Shown here one piece after another: positions 19,879-29,115 of a stretch of DNA of 64,000 bases (positions are counted from its first letter, which is position 1; each line of letters starts with the position of its first letter). Below the pieces are notes generated by a model that saw only the letters and a list, made by a program, of their open reading frames with translations, was not told where the DNA came from and ran no database searches. Both the position numbers and the translations under genes were made by a program. This stretch comes from Oxalobacteraceae bacterium (GTDB taxonomy: Bacteria > Pseudomonadota > Gammaproteobacteria > Burkholderiales > Burkholderiaceae_D): the NCBI GenBank assembly GCA_027483625.1, contig JAIXUJ010000021.1, forward strand, positions 20,690 through 84,689, given 5' to 3'.

Positions 19879-20331
19879 ATGGAGAATACTTTGGCGAAGA
19901 TAAAAGCGCTGTTCCTGACATTGCTGTTGGCCGGATGTGCCACGCAGGTGCCCGTGCAGAAGGAGGCGATCCCGCCGCAGCAGGCGATTGTGATGGCGGC
20001 CGATGTAGCGCCGCAGCCGGTGTATGTGACCGTCGATCTGCAGGTGCGCGGTATCGCTACGCAGAACGGCTTTACTTACCTGAACTCCGAGAAGGACTTC
20101 CGCGATCAGCGCAATGTCTCGCTGGAGATTCCGGCCGAAGTGCTGGCGCAGGTCGAGGCGAAGTTTGGCGGGCAGCTGGCCGCTTATGCGCGTGGCAAGC
20201 ACCTTCTGGTGAAAGGTCCGGCGCGGCGCGTGACGATCTGGTTCTTCGACGATGAAGGTCGTCGCAGCGATAAATACTATTTCCAGACCCATCTTCGGGT
20301 GTCCGATCCGGCACAGATCCAGATCCTCTGA
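19879..20331 (+). CDS. Hypothetical lipoprotein
   Basis: Lipobox LLLAGC. 150 aa, no family recognised. Confidence 0.55.
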   Translation: MENTLAKIKALFLTLLLAGCATQVPVQKEAIPPQQAIVMAADVAPQPVYVTVDLQVRGIATQNGFTYLNSEKDFRDQRNVSLEIPAEVLAQVEAKFGGQLAAYARGKHLLVKGPARRVTIWFFDDEGRRSDKYYFQTHLRVSDPAQIQIL

Positions 20332-20351
20332 TGCTAGCCATTCCCTATCCC

Positions 20352-20981
20352 ATGTTGAAAGTGCTCGGCAAGACCACCTCGATCAACGTCCGTAAAGTTC
20401 TGTGGACCTGCGCGGAGCTCGGCGTATCTTACGAGCAGGAAGACTGGGGCGCCGGTTTCCGCGCCACCAATACCCCGGAATTCCTCGCTTTGAATCCGAA
20501 TGCGATGGTGCCGGTGCTGATCGATGGCCCGACCACGCTGTGGGAATCGAATACTATCTGCCGTTATCTGGCGGCGAAACACGGCCGCACGGATCTGCTG
20601 CCGGCCGATGCGGCAGCGCGCGCGCTGGTGGAGCAGTGGATGGACTGGCAGGCGGGCGAACTGAATAACTCGTGGCGCTACGCTTTCATGGCGCTGGTGC
20701 GTAATAGCCCGAATCACACCGATGCGGCGGCCATCGCGGCCAGCATCAGCAACTGGCATCATCACATGGGCATACTCGAGCGTCAGCTGGCGCGCACCGG
20801 ACAGTACGTGACGGGGCCGCAGTTCACGCTGGCCGACGTGGTGCTTGGCCTGTCTGCTAACCGCTGGAGCATGACGCCGATGGAGCGCCCCGATTTTCCC
20901 GCCGTGGCAGCCTATCTGGAACGGCTGGCGCAGCGTGATAACGTCGGCTTTACGCTGCATTGCCGGAACGGCGTGGCCTAG
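20352..20981 (+). CDS. Glutathione S-transferase (GstB-like)
   Basis: MLKVLGKTTSINVRKVLW...LNPNAMVPVL...LWESNTICRYL matches the GST N-terminal thioredoxin-like fold. An alternative ATG at 20331 overlaps the upstream stop. Confidence 0.85.
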   Translation: MLKVLGKTTSINVRKVLWTCAELGVSYEQEDWGAGFRATNTPEFLALNPNAMVPVLIDGPTTLWESNTICRYLAAKHGRTDLLPADAAARALVEQWMDWQAGELNNSWRYAFMALVRNSPNHTDAAAIAASISNWHHHMGILERQLARTGQYVTGPQFTLADVVLGLSANRWSMTPMERPDFPAVAAYLERLAQRDNVGFTLHCRNGVA

Positions 20982-21541
20982 TGGTGCTCGACGCGATTGC
21001 GATCCGGCCGATCGGGCTAGCGGCTTTCGACGACTTTGTGCGCTATCTGAACGACCATCTGGCCGATAACGGCGCCGAAGGGCAGGTCTACTTCCAGCCG
21101 CTGCCGCGCCAGCAATCGTGCCTGCCGGCCGAGCTGGCGCACAATTTCCGCACCGGTCTCGCACTGCCACTCGGTGCTCCGGGCTGGCGCCGCCTGTGGG
21201 GCGCGTTTGCGCCGGATGGCCGTCTGCTCGGTCACATCGATCTACGTGCCCGCCCCGAACCGCCTGCCGCACACCGTTGTCTGCTGGGGATGGGCGTCGA
21301 TCGTTCGGCGCGCCGAATCGGACTGGGGCAGCGGCTGATCGCGCATGCCTGCGCGTGGGCGCACGATGAAGCAGGGCTGGTCTGGGTGGATCTGCAGGTG
21401 TTGTCGGTGAACCTGCCCGCCATCGCCCTGTACCAGCGCTGCGGCTTTGAAAAGACTGGTGAACTGTCCGATATGTTCCGTCTTGATGGCGCCAGTTTCG
21501 CTTACACCAGCATGAGTAAATTCCTGCCCACCTCGGGCTGA
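20981..21541 (+). CDS. GNAT-family acetyltransferase
   Basis: RRIGLGQRLI...NLPAIALYQRCGFEK. The start is uncertain: GTG at 20981 overlapping the GST stop, or TTG at 20960. Confidence 0.65.
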   Translation: MVLDAIAIRPIGLAAFDDFVRYLNDHLADNGAEGQVYFQPLPRQQSCLPAELAHNFRTGLALPLGAPGWRRLWGAFAPDGRLLGHIDLRARPEPPAAHRCLLGMGVDRSARRIGLGQRLIAHACAWAHDEAGLVWVDLQVLSVNLPAIALYQRCGFEKTGELSDMFRLDGASFAYTSMSKFLPTSG

Positions 21542-21590
21542 CATCTGCTGCGGTCCTGGAATACCGCATGAATCTTTTTTAAAAAAAGCG

Positions 21591-21619
21591 TTGACAGGTG
21601 CAAATCTGGCACCTAGAAT
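21591..21619 (+). promoter_or_regulatory. Near-consensus sigma-70 promoter
   Basis: TTGACA (21591-21596), a 17-nt spacer and TAGAAT (21614-21619), preceded by an A/T tract. Operator copy 1 starts 3 nt downstream. Confidence 0.55.
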
Positions 21620-21621
21620 AC

Positions 21622-21639
21622 CTACCAATTAGTCGGTAG
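21622..21639. promoter_or_regulatory. 18-bp palindromic operator, copy 1
   Basis: CTACCAATTAGTCGGTAG. It shares CTACC-N8-GGTAG with copy 2; copy 3 ends in GGTAT. Confidence 0.55.
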
Positions 21640-21741
21640 TTTCAAATAAGGACGAACGCAAATGGCAGAATAATGCATTTGCGTTGGAAATGAACGGAAA
21701 AGTTCGTGGTTAGACTCGGCCGTTTTTTTTAACCAGATTAT

Positions 21742-21759
21742 CTACCAACTAATCGGTAG
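21742..21759. promoter_or_regulatory. 18-bp palindromic operator, copy 2
   Basis: CTACCAACTAATCGGTAG, 43 nt upstream of the DJ-1/PfpI gene ATG. Confidence 0.55.
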
Positions 21760-21801
21760 TTTTAACGTCATTTAGACACTCAACTTTTTAAAGGAAATAT
21801 C

Positions 21802-22506
21802 ATGAAAGCAACTGGCAACCAACAAAAACGCGTTCTTCTGGTCATGAGCTCGGTCGACGAAATGGGCATCAGCGGTAAGCACACCGGCACCTGGTTTACC
21901 GAACTGGCCGCACCGTACTACATCCTGACCGAAGCCGGTTATGAAGTGGTGCTGGCCTCGCCGGAAGGCGGCAACGCGCCGATCGATCTGCTCAGCCACA
22001 AAGCGCCGTTCACGACCGAATACACCGAGCGCTTCCTGAAGGATCCGGTAGCACTGTACGCCGCGCAGAACACCCGCAAGCTGCGCAATATCGACTACAC
22101 CGGTTTCGACGCGCTGTTCGTACCGGGCGGTTACGGCCTGCTGTGGGATCTGGCGTCCGACTCGCATCTGCTGAAGATCATCAAGGAGCTGCATGCTGCG
22201 GCCCGTCCGATCGCCATGGTGTGCCACGCTCCGGCGATTCTGCGTGATGTGAAGAAGGACAATGGCGAGTTCCTCGTCAAAGGCGTGTCGCTGACCGGCT
22301 TCAAGAATGCGGAAGATGCAGAAATCGAACTCGATAAGCATCTGCTGTTCTCGCTGGAAGACGAGCTGAAAAACCGCGGCGCCAACTATCTGAGCAAAGC
22401 AAACTGGGAGCCGAACGTGGTGGTTGATGGTCCACTGATGACTGGTCAGAGCCCGGCTTCGGCAGCGCCACTGGCTCAGGCACTGGCTGAGCGTCTGCGC
22501 GGCTAA
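21802..22506 (+). CDS. DJ-1/PfpI-family type-1 glutamine amidotransferase-like protein
   Basis: 234 aa: RVLLVMSS..., GYEVVLASPEGG, nucleophile-elbow-like AMVCHAPAIL. Confidence 0.8.
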   Translation: MKATGNQQKRVLLVMSSVDEMGISGKHTGTWFTELAAPYYILTEAGYEVVLASPEGGNAPIDLLSHKAPFTTEYTERFLKDPVALYAAQNTRKLRNIDYTGFDALFVPGGYGLLWDLASDSHLLKIIKELHAAARPIAMVCHAPAILRDVKKDNGEFLVKGVSLTGFKNAEDAEIELDKHLLFSLEDELKNRGANYLSKANWEPNVVVDGPLMTGQSPASAAPLAQALAERLRG

Positions 22507-22671
22507 GATGCGCGCGCCGAAGGCCTGTTTCCAGCCGCTGCCGGTCGTCTATTTCGGCATGGCAGTCGGCACGCTGGCCTTCGGTCAGACCTGGCGGGGC
22601 GCAGGAACTCGCGATACGCCCGCAAGCGGCGTCTCCAGCCTAGGCAAAACTATGATGACTCATGAATTTGA

Positions 22672-22689
22672 CTACCAATTGATTGGTAT
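22672..22689. promoter_or_regulatory. 18-bp palindromic operator, copy 3
   Basis: CTACCAATTGATTGGTAT, immediately upstream of the cupin gene. Confidence 0.5.
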
Positions 22690-22698
22690 AATGGAGCA

Positions 22699-23370
22699 AT
22701 GATGAAACTGCATTCCGACTTGACGCAGCGCGCAGTAGTGCATACCGGTGAGTTACCGTGGGTGGCATCGCCGGTGGCGGGCGTTGAACGCAAGCTGATC
22801 GAACGTGATGGTGCTGAAGTGGCGCGCGCTACCAGCATCGTGCGCTATGCCGCAGACTCGAAATTCTTCAGTCATCGCCATGAACTGGGCGAAGAGTTTT
22901 TCGTGCTCGAGGGCGATTTCAACGATGAATACGGCAGCTACGGTCCGGGCACGTATGTGAAGAACCCGCCCCTGTCGCAGCACGCGCCGTTCACGGTCAA
23001 TGGTTGCACGATTCTGGTCAAGCTGCGCCATATGATGCCGGAAGATCAGCAGCGCGTGGTGATTGATACCGGCACGGCTCCATGGTCGGCAGGGATGGTT
23101 GATGGTCTGTCGGTACTGCCACTGGACCAATTCGAATCGCGCCACACCGCGCTGGTACGCTGGGCGCCCGGTACGCGTTTCAAGCCGCATTGCCATTTCG
23201 GTGGCGAGGAGATCTTTGTGCTGGAAGGCGTTTTTCAGGATGAACTGGGCGACTATCCGGCCGGTACCTGGTTACGCAGTCCTCATCTGAGTGCGCACCA
23301 TCCTTACAGTGAACAGGGTTGCCTGATACTGGTGAAGGTGGGGCATTTACTAGCAACGGAAACTACCTGA
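22699..23370 (+). CDS. Tandem cupin-domain protein (ChrR-like cupin)
   Basis: Two repeats, each with a ...H.H..GEE.FVLEG.F.DE.G.Y..GT(Y/W)...P..S.H.P... pattern. Confidence 0.7.
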   Translation: MMKLHSDLTQRAVVHTGELPWVASPVAGVERKLIERDGAEVARATSIVRYAADSKFFSHRHELGEEFFVLEGDFNDEYGSYGPGTYVKNPPLSQHAPFTVNGCTILVKLRHMMPEDQQRVVIDTGTAPWSAGMVDGLSVLPLDQFESRHTALVRWAPGTRFKPHCHFGGEEIFVLEGVFQDELGDYPAGTWLRSPHLSAHHPYSEQGCLILVKVGHLLATETT

Positions 23371-23375
23371 ACTCC

Positions 23376-23963
23376 ATGAAACACTTCTCCGAAATTTCAG
23401 CGACCGCCGAACGGGTCGTCGATGCTGCCGAAGGGCTGATCCAGCAACGCGGCTACAACGGCTTTTCCTACGATGATGTGGCGCGCCTGGTCGGCATCAA
23501 GAAGCCCAGCATCCACCACCACTTCGCGACCAAGAGCGAATTGGCGGCGGTGGTGGCGCAGCGCTATACCCACCGTTTTCGCGAGCAGTTGCTGGAGATC
23601 GAGGGACGTAGTGCGCAGGCCGGTGAACGGCTGACTGCCTATGCTGCACTGTTCGAAAAGACCTTCAGCGTGGAGAAGCATCTGTGTGTATGCGGCATGC
23701 TGGGAGCTGAAGCGGGCTCGCTGCCGGAGCAGGTGAACCATGAAGTGACGCAGTTTTTCGAAGTGAATCTGGCGTGGTTGCGCAGCATTGCGGCGCAAGG
23801 ACAGCGTGCCGGTCAGCTGTCGTCCGTGCTGGACGCGCCGAGTATTGCAGAGACCTATCTGGCGCTGCTGGAAGGGTCGATGATGGTTGGCCGCGGCATG
23901 CCGACAGCGGCTGGCCCGTCGAACGTCGCCGGCCACTTCCTCAAAACCCTCATGCCGCAGTAG
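23376..23963 (+). CDS. TetR/AcrR-family transcriptional regulator
   Basis: HTH GYNGFSYDDVARLVGIKKPSIHHHFATK. It is the last gene of the DJ-1/cupin cluster. Confidence 0.85.
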   Translation: MKHFSEISATAERVVDAAEGLIQQRGYNGFSYDDVARLVGIKKPSIHHHFATKSELAAVVAQRYTHRFREQLLEIEGRSAQAGERLTAYAALFEKTFSVEKHLCVCGMLGAEAGSLPEQVNHEVTQFFEVNLAWLRSIAAQGQRAGQLSSVLDAPSIAETYLALLEGSMMVGRGMPTAAGPSNVAGHFLKTLMPQ

Positions 23964-24018
23964 TCGACGTTACCATTACTTACTGTGACAACGGGGGCAG
24001 GTCGGGCTAGCTACGCGC

Positions 24019-24792
24019 CTAGCCGGCAGTGATTTCGGCGTTGCTGAGGAAACTGACGATGGCGGTATTGACCACGGCGGCGTGGGTGATCGGCGCCATG
24101 TGGCCGCCGCGTGTGGTCAGTGCGCTGGCGTTGGGCAAGGCCTGCGCGAGCTGTTCGGCCAGCAGGCGGGTGGAGGCCGGGCTGTTCTGGCCGGACATCA
24201 CCAGGGCCGGCATGGTCAGCGCCGACAGGTCGGCCAGCGTGGCCGCTTCGCCCAGCAAAGCCTGGAAGTCCAGTTTTACTTTGGCGATCATGGCTGTCAT
24301 CTTTTCCTGTGCGGCGGCCGGTGCGGCGTCGAAGGCGCCGGCACGGTTCCAGTAGTCGATGAAGATGCGGGTGGCGTCCTGCGCACTGGCGCTGGCGTTA
24401 ATACGTTCGACCACGGCGACGATTTCGGCGCGTGCCGGATGCTGCACTGGCAGCAGGTGAAAGGCTACCGGTTCGAATACGCTCAGTGACAGCACCCGTT
24501 GCGGCATGCGGCGCGCCATGTGCAGCGCCGAGGCGCCACCGTAGGAGTGGCCGATCAGGTGGAACGCTTCGCCCGGTTCCAGCGTGGCGGCGATGCTGGC
24601 GTTGACGGCGTCGATCTCGTGGGCCAGCGTGTGCTGGTAGTCTGCATCCACATCGGCAGGGAAGGGCGTGGCGCCGTAGCCAAGCAGGTCGACCGCGATG
24701 CAGCGGTAGCTGTCGCTTAATTGCGATACCAGTTCGCCCCACTGGGCTTTGGAACTCATGGAACTATGCAGCAGAACGACAGCAGGCTTCAT
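24019..24792 (-). CDS. Alpha/beta hydrolase
   Basis: Start taken at MKPAVVLLHS. Nucleophile elbow GHSYGG. Confidence 0.8.
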   Translation of the reverse strand: MKPAVVLLHSSMSSKAQWGELVSQLSDSYRCIAVDLLGYGATPFPADVDADYQHTLAHEIDAVNASIAATLEPGEAFHLIGHSYGGASALHMARRMPQRVLSLSVFEPVAFHLLPVQHPARAEIVAVVERINASASAQDATRIFIDYWNRAGAFDAAPAAAQEKMTAMIAKVKLDFQALLGEAATLADLSALTMPALVMSGQNSPASTRLLAEQLAQALPNASALTTRGGHMAPITHAAVVNTAIVSFLSNAEITAG

Positions 24793-24918
24793 ACTTGGAC
24801 CGGGCAAAAAAAGAGCGCATATTATACGTGCAAGCACGTAGCAAAGGCGCGGCACTTGTGAAAACGGCCACACTACCCCATCTGTAGGACGTGCTGTAAC
24901 CAGGAGTTCCGCCTCGCC

Positions 24919-25761
24919 ATGAAACATACTAAAAAAGTCGCCGGACTAGCCGGTATCGCCAGCGTGCTGTGGGTAGGCCTGACGGCGGCAGTTGCCGCCA
25001 GCCAGAAACGCCTGCTGTTCAATCCCCTCGGGAGCAAACGCGAAGTGTTGCGGCCATACAGCAGCGGCCATCGCACGCGTCCTGTGGTGATCCGCGCCAA
25101 AGACGGTACGCGCCTCTCAGGCTGGCTGATGACACCACCGATCCACGGCCCGCATCCGGCGGTGATCTATTTTGGCGGCCGTTCGGAAGAAGTGTCGTGG
25201 GTGGCGCGCGATGCGGGCAAGCTGTTCCCCGGCATGGCGGTGCTGGCCATGAACTATCGCGGGTACGGCGATTCGCACGGCGATCCGGCCGAAACCCATT
25301 TCGTCGAAGATGGCCGCATGCTGTTCGACTGGCTGGCCGAGCGCCATCATGTAGATCCGGCGCGGATTGCGGTGGTCGGGCGCAGCCTCGGTTCCGGCGT
25401 GGCGGTGCAGGTGGCGATGGAGCGCGCGGCGCACGCCATCGTGCTGATTACGCCTTATGATTCGATCCTCGCGATTGCCAAGCGCAAGTTCAAGGCGATT
25501 CCGGTGGAGTATGTGCTGCGGCACCGCTTCGAGTCGGTGAAGTATGCCCAGCATCTGAAGGCGCCGACCTATGTGCTGCGCGCGGCACAGGATGATGTGG
25601 TCCCGCATAGCCACACCGACCTGCTGGTGGCGCAACTGGGGCAGCTCCACGCGGACGAAATCGTGCCCGATTCCGACCACCTGAATATTCCGTATCTGGA
25701 AGCGACTCAGTCGCGCATTGCCGGTTTTCTGGCGCAGCGCTTCAACGAGCCTGCGCTGTAG
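24919..25761 (+). CDS. Alpha/beta hydrolase (membrane-anchored or secreted)
   Basis: N-terminal hydrophobic segment, GRSLGSG nucleophile elbow, and a C-terminal D...H pair (PDSDHLN). Confidence 0.8.
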   Translation: MKHTKKVAGLAGIASVLWVGLTAAVAASQKRLLFNPLGSKREVLRPYSSGHRTRPVVIRAKDGTRLSGWLMTPPIHGPHPAVIYFGGRSEEVSWVARDAGKLFPGMAVLAMNYRGYGDSHGDPAETHFVEDGRMLFDWLAERHHVDPARIAVVGRSLGSGVAVQVAMERAAHAIVLITPYDSILAIAKRKFKAIPVEYVLRHRFESVKYAQHLKAPTYVLRAAQDDVVPHSHTDLLVAQLGQLHADEIVPDSDHLNIPYLEATQSRIAGFLAQRFNEPAL

Positions 25762-25773
25762 TGCGCCGCATCG

Positions 25774-27153
25774 TCAGTGAGCCGAGGCTCTGGCATCTTT
25801 GCTGCCTAGCCGGTTATGCAGGCGCCGCAAACCTAACCATACGCCGGTAATCACCAGTGGCACGGCGATGCCGGTCAGGACGTCCGGATTGACAGGCAGG
25901 CTGGCCGCTTTCATGGCCTTGCCCGCGTAGCCGATCAGTCCCAGCGTGTAGTAGGAAATCGCCACCGCCGACAGGCCTTCCACGGCTTGCTGCAGGCGCA
26001 GTTGCTGGGCCGCGCGGGTGTCCAGCGATTGCAGAATTTTGCGGTTCTGGCGTTCCTGCTCGATGCCGACGCGGGTGCGCAGCAGGTCATTGCTGCGCGC
26101 GATACGCTGGGCCAGTGCTTCCTGCCGCCGTGCTACCGAGGTACAGGTGTGCATCGCCGGTGCCAGTCGCCGGCCCATGAATTCGGCCAGCGTGGGCATG
26201 CCTTCGATGCGCACTTCGCGTAATTCCTGTATGCGTGACTGCACCAGACTGAAATACGCTTGCGAGGCAGCGAAGCGGTAGCTATTGCTGACCGAGAGTT
26301 TTTCCAGCCTTGCGGCCAGACTGGTAATCCGGTGCAGCAGGCTCTGTTCTTCGTGTGCTTCGGCAGGCTGGCCGTCCGGGCGATCGCTTTGCACCAGTGT
26401 GGCGGTCAGGTCGGCCAGTTCGTTTTCAATGCCATTCAGTTCCGGCTGGGTAGCCTCCGCCTGTGGCAGTCCCAGTAACACCATCATCCGGTAGGTTTCG
26501 ATTTCCAGCAGACGGCCGACCAGACGGCCAGCCTGATATTCGCGCAGTTGCAGGTCGCGTACCACGAAGCGGCTGAAGCCATCGGGCTGGATCAGGAAGT
26601 CGGTCCACACTTCGGCACCGCTACCGACGTTGCTGCAGACCAGCGATTTGTTCTGGAACAGGGCGCGGATGGCGGCTGTGCCAGCGGCATCATCGGCCTG
26701 ACCTTTGCACAGCAGGACGTGGGCGGCGACGATGATTTTGCCGTGCAGGCCCGCCAGCCATTGCTGCGGTACCTGCTGCAGCGGTGTCTGATTCAGCGCC
26801 AGATCGCACGGTGTGCCGGGCGAACCCTGTTCGACAAAGGTGTAGGTGGCGAACTCGGTATGGCATTCCCATTTCAGGCGGAACTGGCCGAAGTCGTGGA
26901 AGAAGTAGCGCGCCTGTGCGTGCGGCACGGCCACGCCGTAGTGCATGCACAGTTGCTGCAGGATGGCGTGCTGGCTGCTACGGTGCTGTTTTTGCGAAGG
27001 CTGATCCTGTTTCACGTACAGCGCGAAGTGGGTCAGGCTTTCCGGCGCCTGCAGTTGCAGGAAGGGGCGCGAATGGATTTCCGCCGACAGCGGTACCCGC
27101 ATGGCGTGATTCAGGCTGGCGAAATCGGCGTTGCTACGGTAAGCGAGAGACAT
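25774..27153 (-). CDS. DUF3422-family membrane-anchored protein
   Basis: Start at MSLAYRS. HAMRVPLSAEIHSRPF... is typical of DUF3422, with two C-terminal TM helices. Confidence 0.6.
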   Translation of the reverse strand: MSLAYRSNADFASLNHAMRVPLSAEIHSRPFLQLQAPESLTHFALYVKQDQPSQKQHRSSQHAILQQLCMHYGVAVPHAQARYFFHDFGQFRLKWECHTEFATYTFVEQGSPGTPCDLALNQTPLQQVPQQWLAGLHGKIIVAAHVLLCKGQADDAAGTAAIRALFQNKSLVCSNVGSGAEVWTDFLIQPDGFSRFVVRDLQLREYQAGRLVGRLLEIETYRMMVLLGLPQAEATQPELNGIENELADLTATLVQSDRPDGQPAEAHEEQSLLHRITSLAARLEKLSVSNSYRFAASQAYFSLVQSRIQELREVRIEGMPTLAEFMGRRLAPAMHTCTSVARRQEALAQRIARSNDLLRTRVGIEQERQNRKILQSLDTRAAQQLRLQQAVEGLSAVAISYYTLGLIGYAGKAMKAASLPVNPDVLTGIAVPLVITGVWLGLRRLHNRLGSKDARASAH

Positions 27154-27330
27154 GAGCTTCCCCGGGAAGTGGTGCACTAGCTTAAAAATTAAGCAGTCAA
27201 TGTGACTCGGAAAACGCGAAATGCTGCAGTGCAGTATAGCGCTCTGCACGGTACAGCACAATCGCGACTGTGGATGGTAGCGGCAAACGCCGCTACCTTG
27301 CGATCACTTTTTTGGCGTCAGCGATGCCGC

Positions 27331-28401
27331 TTAGGGCTTCGCGGGCGCTGCGGCACCTGCGGGTAGCAGGTTGGGGCAGGGCTGGTGCTGCAGGTAGCAG
27401 GCCAGATTGCGGTAGGTGATGGCGGCAATTTCGCGCATGGCTTCAATGGTGAAGAAGCCCTGATGTCCGGTGACCAGTACGTTCGGGAAGGTCAGCAGGC
27501 GCTGGAACACGTCGTCGGCGATGATGTCGCTGGAATGATCGTGGAAAAACAGGCTGGCCTCCTGTTCATAAACGTCGATGGCCAGCGCGCCTAACTGGCG
27601 CGATTTCAGTGCTTCGATGACGGCGGCAGTATCGATCAGGCCACCGCGCGAGGTGTTGACCAGCATCGCGCCCGGCTTCATGCTGGCCAGACTGGCGGCG
27701 TTAATCATGTGGCGGGTGCTATCCATCAGAGGGCAGTGCAGCGAGACGATGTCGGCACCGGCCAGCAACTGTTCGAGTGGCACCTGTTGCGCCACGCAGG
27801 CCAGTTGCGGCAGGGGTGTTGGATCGCTAATCAGCACATGGCAACCGAGGCCGTGGAAGATGCGCGCTGCTGCTGCGCCGATCTGGCCGGCGCCGACGAT
27901 GCCGACGGTTTTGCCGTGCAACGTCATGCCCAGCAAGCCGTCCAGCGCGAAATTGCCTTCGCGGACGCGTGCATAGGCGCGGTGGGTGTGGCGATTGAGT
28001 GTCATCACCATCGCCAGCGCATGCTCGGCCACCGCTTCCGGTGCATAGGCTGGTACCCGCGCCATGAATAGGCCGAGGCGCGTGCCGGCTTGCAGGTCGA
28101 CGTTGTTAAAGCCGGCGCAGCGTAGCAGCACGGCGCGCACACCGCTGGCATGCAGGGCTTCCAGTACGGCAGCGTCGAGCTGGTCGTTGACGAATACGCA
28201 GACGGCGCTGCAGCCTTGTGCCAGCGGGATGGTGGCTAGCGTCAGGGCGTCGGAAAAATAGGCCGCTTCGATGCTGGCAGCTCCAGTCGCGGATTCGGAA
28301 CTGGTGGCTGCAGTGGTAGCGGCAGCGGCGTTGGCCTGCAGACGTGCTTCTTCGAGGAAGCGGCGGTCATAGGGCTGGGCGCTGTAGACGGCGATCTTCA
28401 T
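27331..28401 (-). CDS. ldhA: D-lactate dehydrogenase / D-isomer 2-hydroxyacid dehydrogenase
   Basis: MKIAVYSAQPYDRRFL..., CAGFNNVDL, RVPAYAPEAVAEHA..MVMTLNR and GKTVGIVGAGQIG align with E. coli LdhA from memory. Confidence 0.85.
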   Translation of the reverse strand: MKIAVYSAQPYDRRFLEEARLQANAAAATTAATSSESATGAASIEAAYFSDALTLATIPLAQGCSAVCVFVNDQLDAAVLEALHASGVRAVLLRCAGFNNVDLQAGTRLGLFMARVPAYAPEAVAEHALAMVMTLNRHTHRAYARVREGNFALDGLLGMTLHGKTVGIVGAGQIGAAAARIFHGLGCHVLISDPTPLPQLACVAQQVPLEQLLAGADIVSLHCPLMDSTRHMINAASLASMKPGAMLVNTSRGGLIDTAAVIEALKSRQLGALAIDVYEQEASLFFHDHSSDIIADDVFQRLLTFPNVLVTGHQGFFTIEAMREIAAITYRNLACYLQHQPCPNLLPAGAAAPAKP

Positions 28402-28949
28402 GCTGGCATCCCGTCTTGCGGGCAAGCCGGTATCCACGCTGGCAGGTCGGTCACGCCGATGTCGACACCCGCCTGATACAGCAGGGTGCTGATCTGGCCG
28501 CGATGGTGGGTCTGGTGATTAAAGAAGTGCAGCACCAGAGCGCCGAAGGGCTTGCAGTAGGCTTCGCCCTTGATGTTCCGGTAGGAGAAAGGCTGCGCCA
28601 GATCGTCTGCCGTGACTTGCTGTGCCCACTCCAGAATGATGGCATCGAGCTCGCTGCGGCAAGCCTGCAGCGTGGCCAGATCATCGCCAAAACTTTGCGA
28701 CAGTCCAGACACAGGTGGTTGCTGTAGCAGCGGCGCCAGACTGCTATACGCAGCCGGATGGCCGGCGAAGCGGCGCAGCCAGATGGTGTCACCGACTAGC
28801 AGGTGGTTCATGGTGCCGAGGATGGAGCCAAAAAAAGCTTGCCGGTCTGCGCTCAGTTCGTCCTGCGTCAGGCGTGCTGCTGCCTGGTACATCTGCTGGT
28901 TCATACCGGCGTTGTAGCGCGCCAGAAGTGCGATGGATGCTGGTGTCAT
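28398..28949 (-). CDS. DinB-family protein
   Basis: Start at MTPASIAL. It has a DinB-type four-helix pattern with conserved His (NHLLVGDTIW, HFFNHQTHHRGQ). There is a 4-nt overlap with the ldhA start. Confidence 0.75.
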   Translation of the reverse strand: MTPASIALLARYNAGMNQQMYQAAARLTQDELSADRQAFFGSILGTMNHLLVGDTIWLRRFAGHPAAYSSLAPLLQQPPVSGLSQSFGDDLATLQACRSELDAIILEWAQQVTADDLAQPFSYRNIKGEAYCKPFGALVLHFFNHQTHHRGQISTLLYQAGVDIGVTDLPAWIPACPQDGMPA

Positions 28950-29115
28950 AGTGGCCTCATTCGTGAAGTCATGCGCGGCGGGGCTTGTTCCCCACCCGTT
29001 GCACGTTGCTCCTGACCTTGCATTATAAGGCGCTGCGCACCGGCAGGCGCACTTCACAGGCAGCACTGAATCGCTCCGCCGGCGGGAGCAGGCTGCCTGT
29101 CCATGAGGTCAACGA

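Noticed and set aside
22687-22692. A TATAAT overlapping operator copy 3, considered as a dedicated promoter for the cupin gene.
   Set aside because: The best upstream -35-like hexamer (TTGACT at 22668-22673) is only 13 nt away. The hexamer also lies only about 7 nt before the ATG, with a GGAG in between. It is more likely a coincidence within the SD region.
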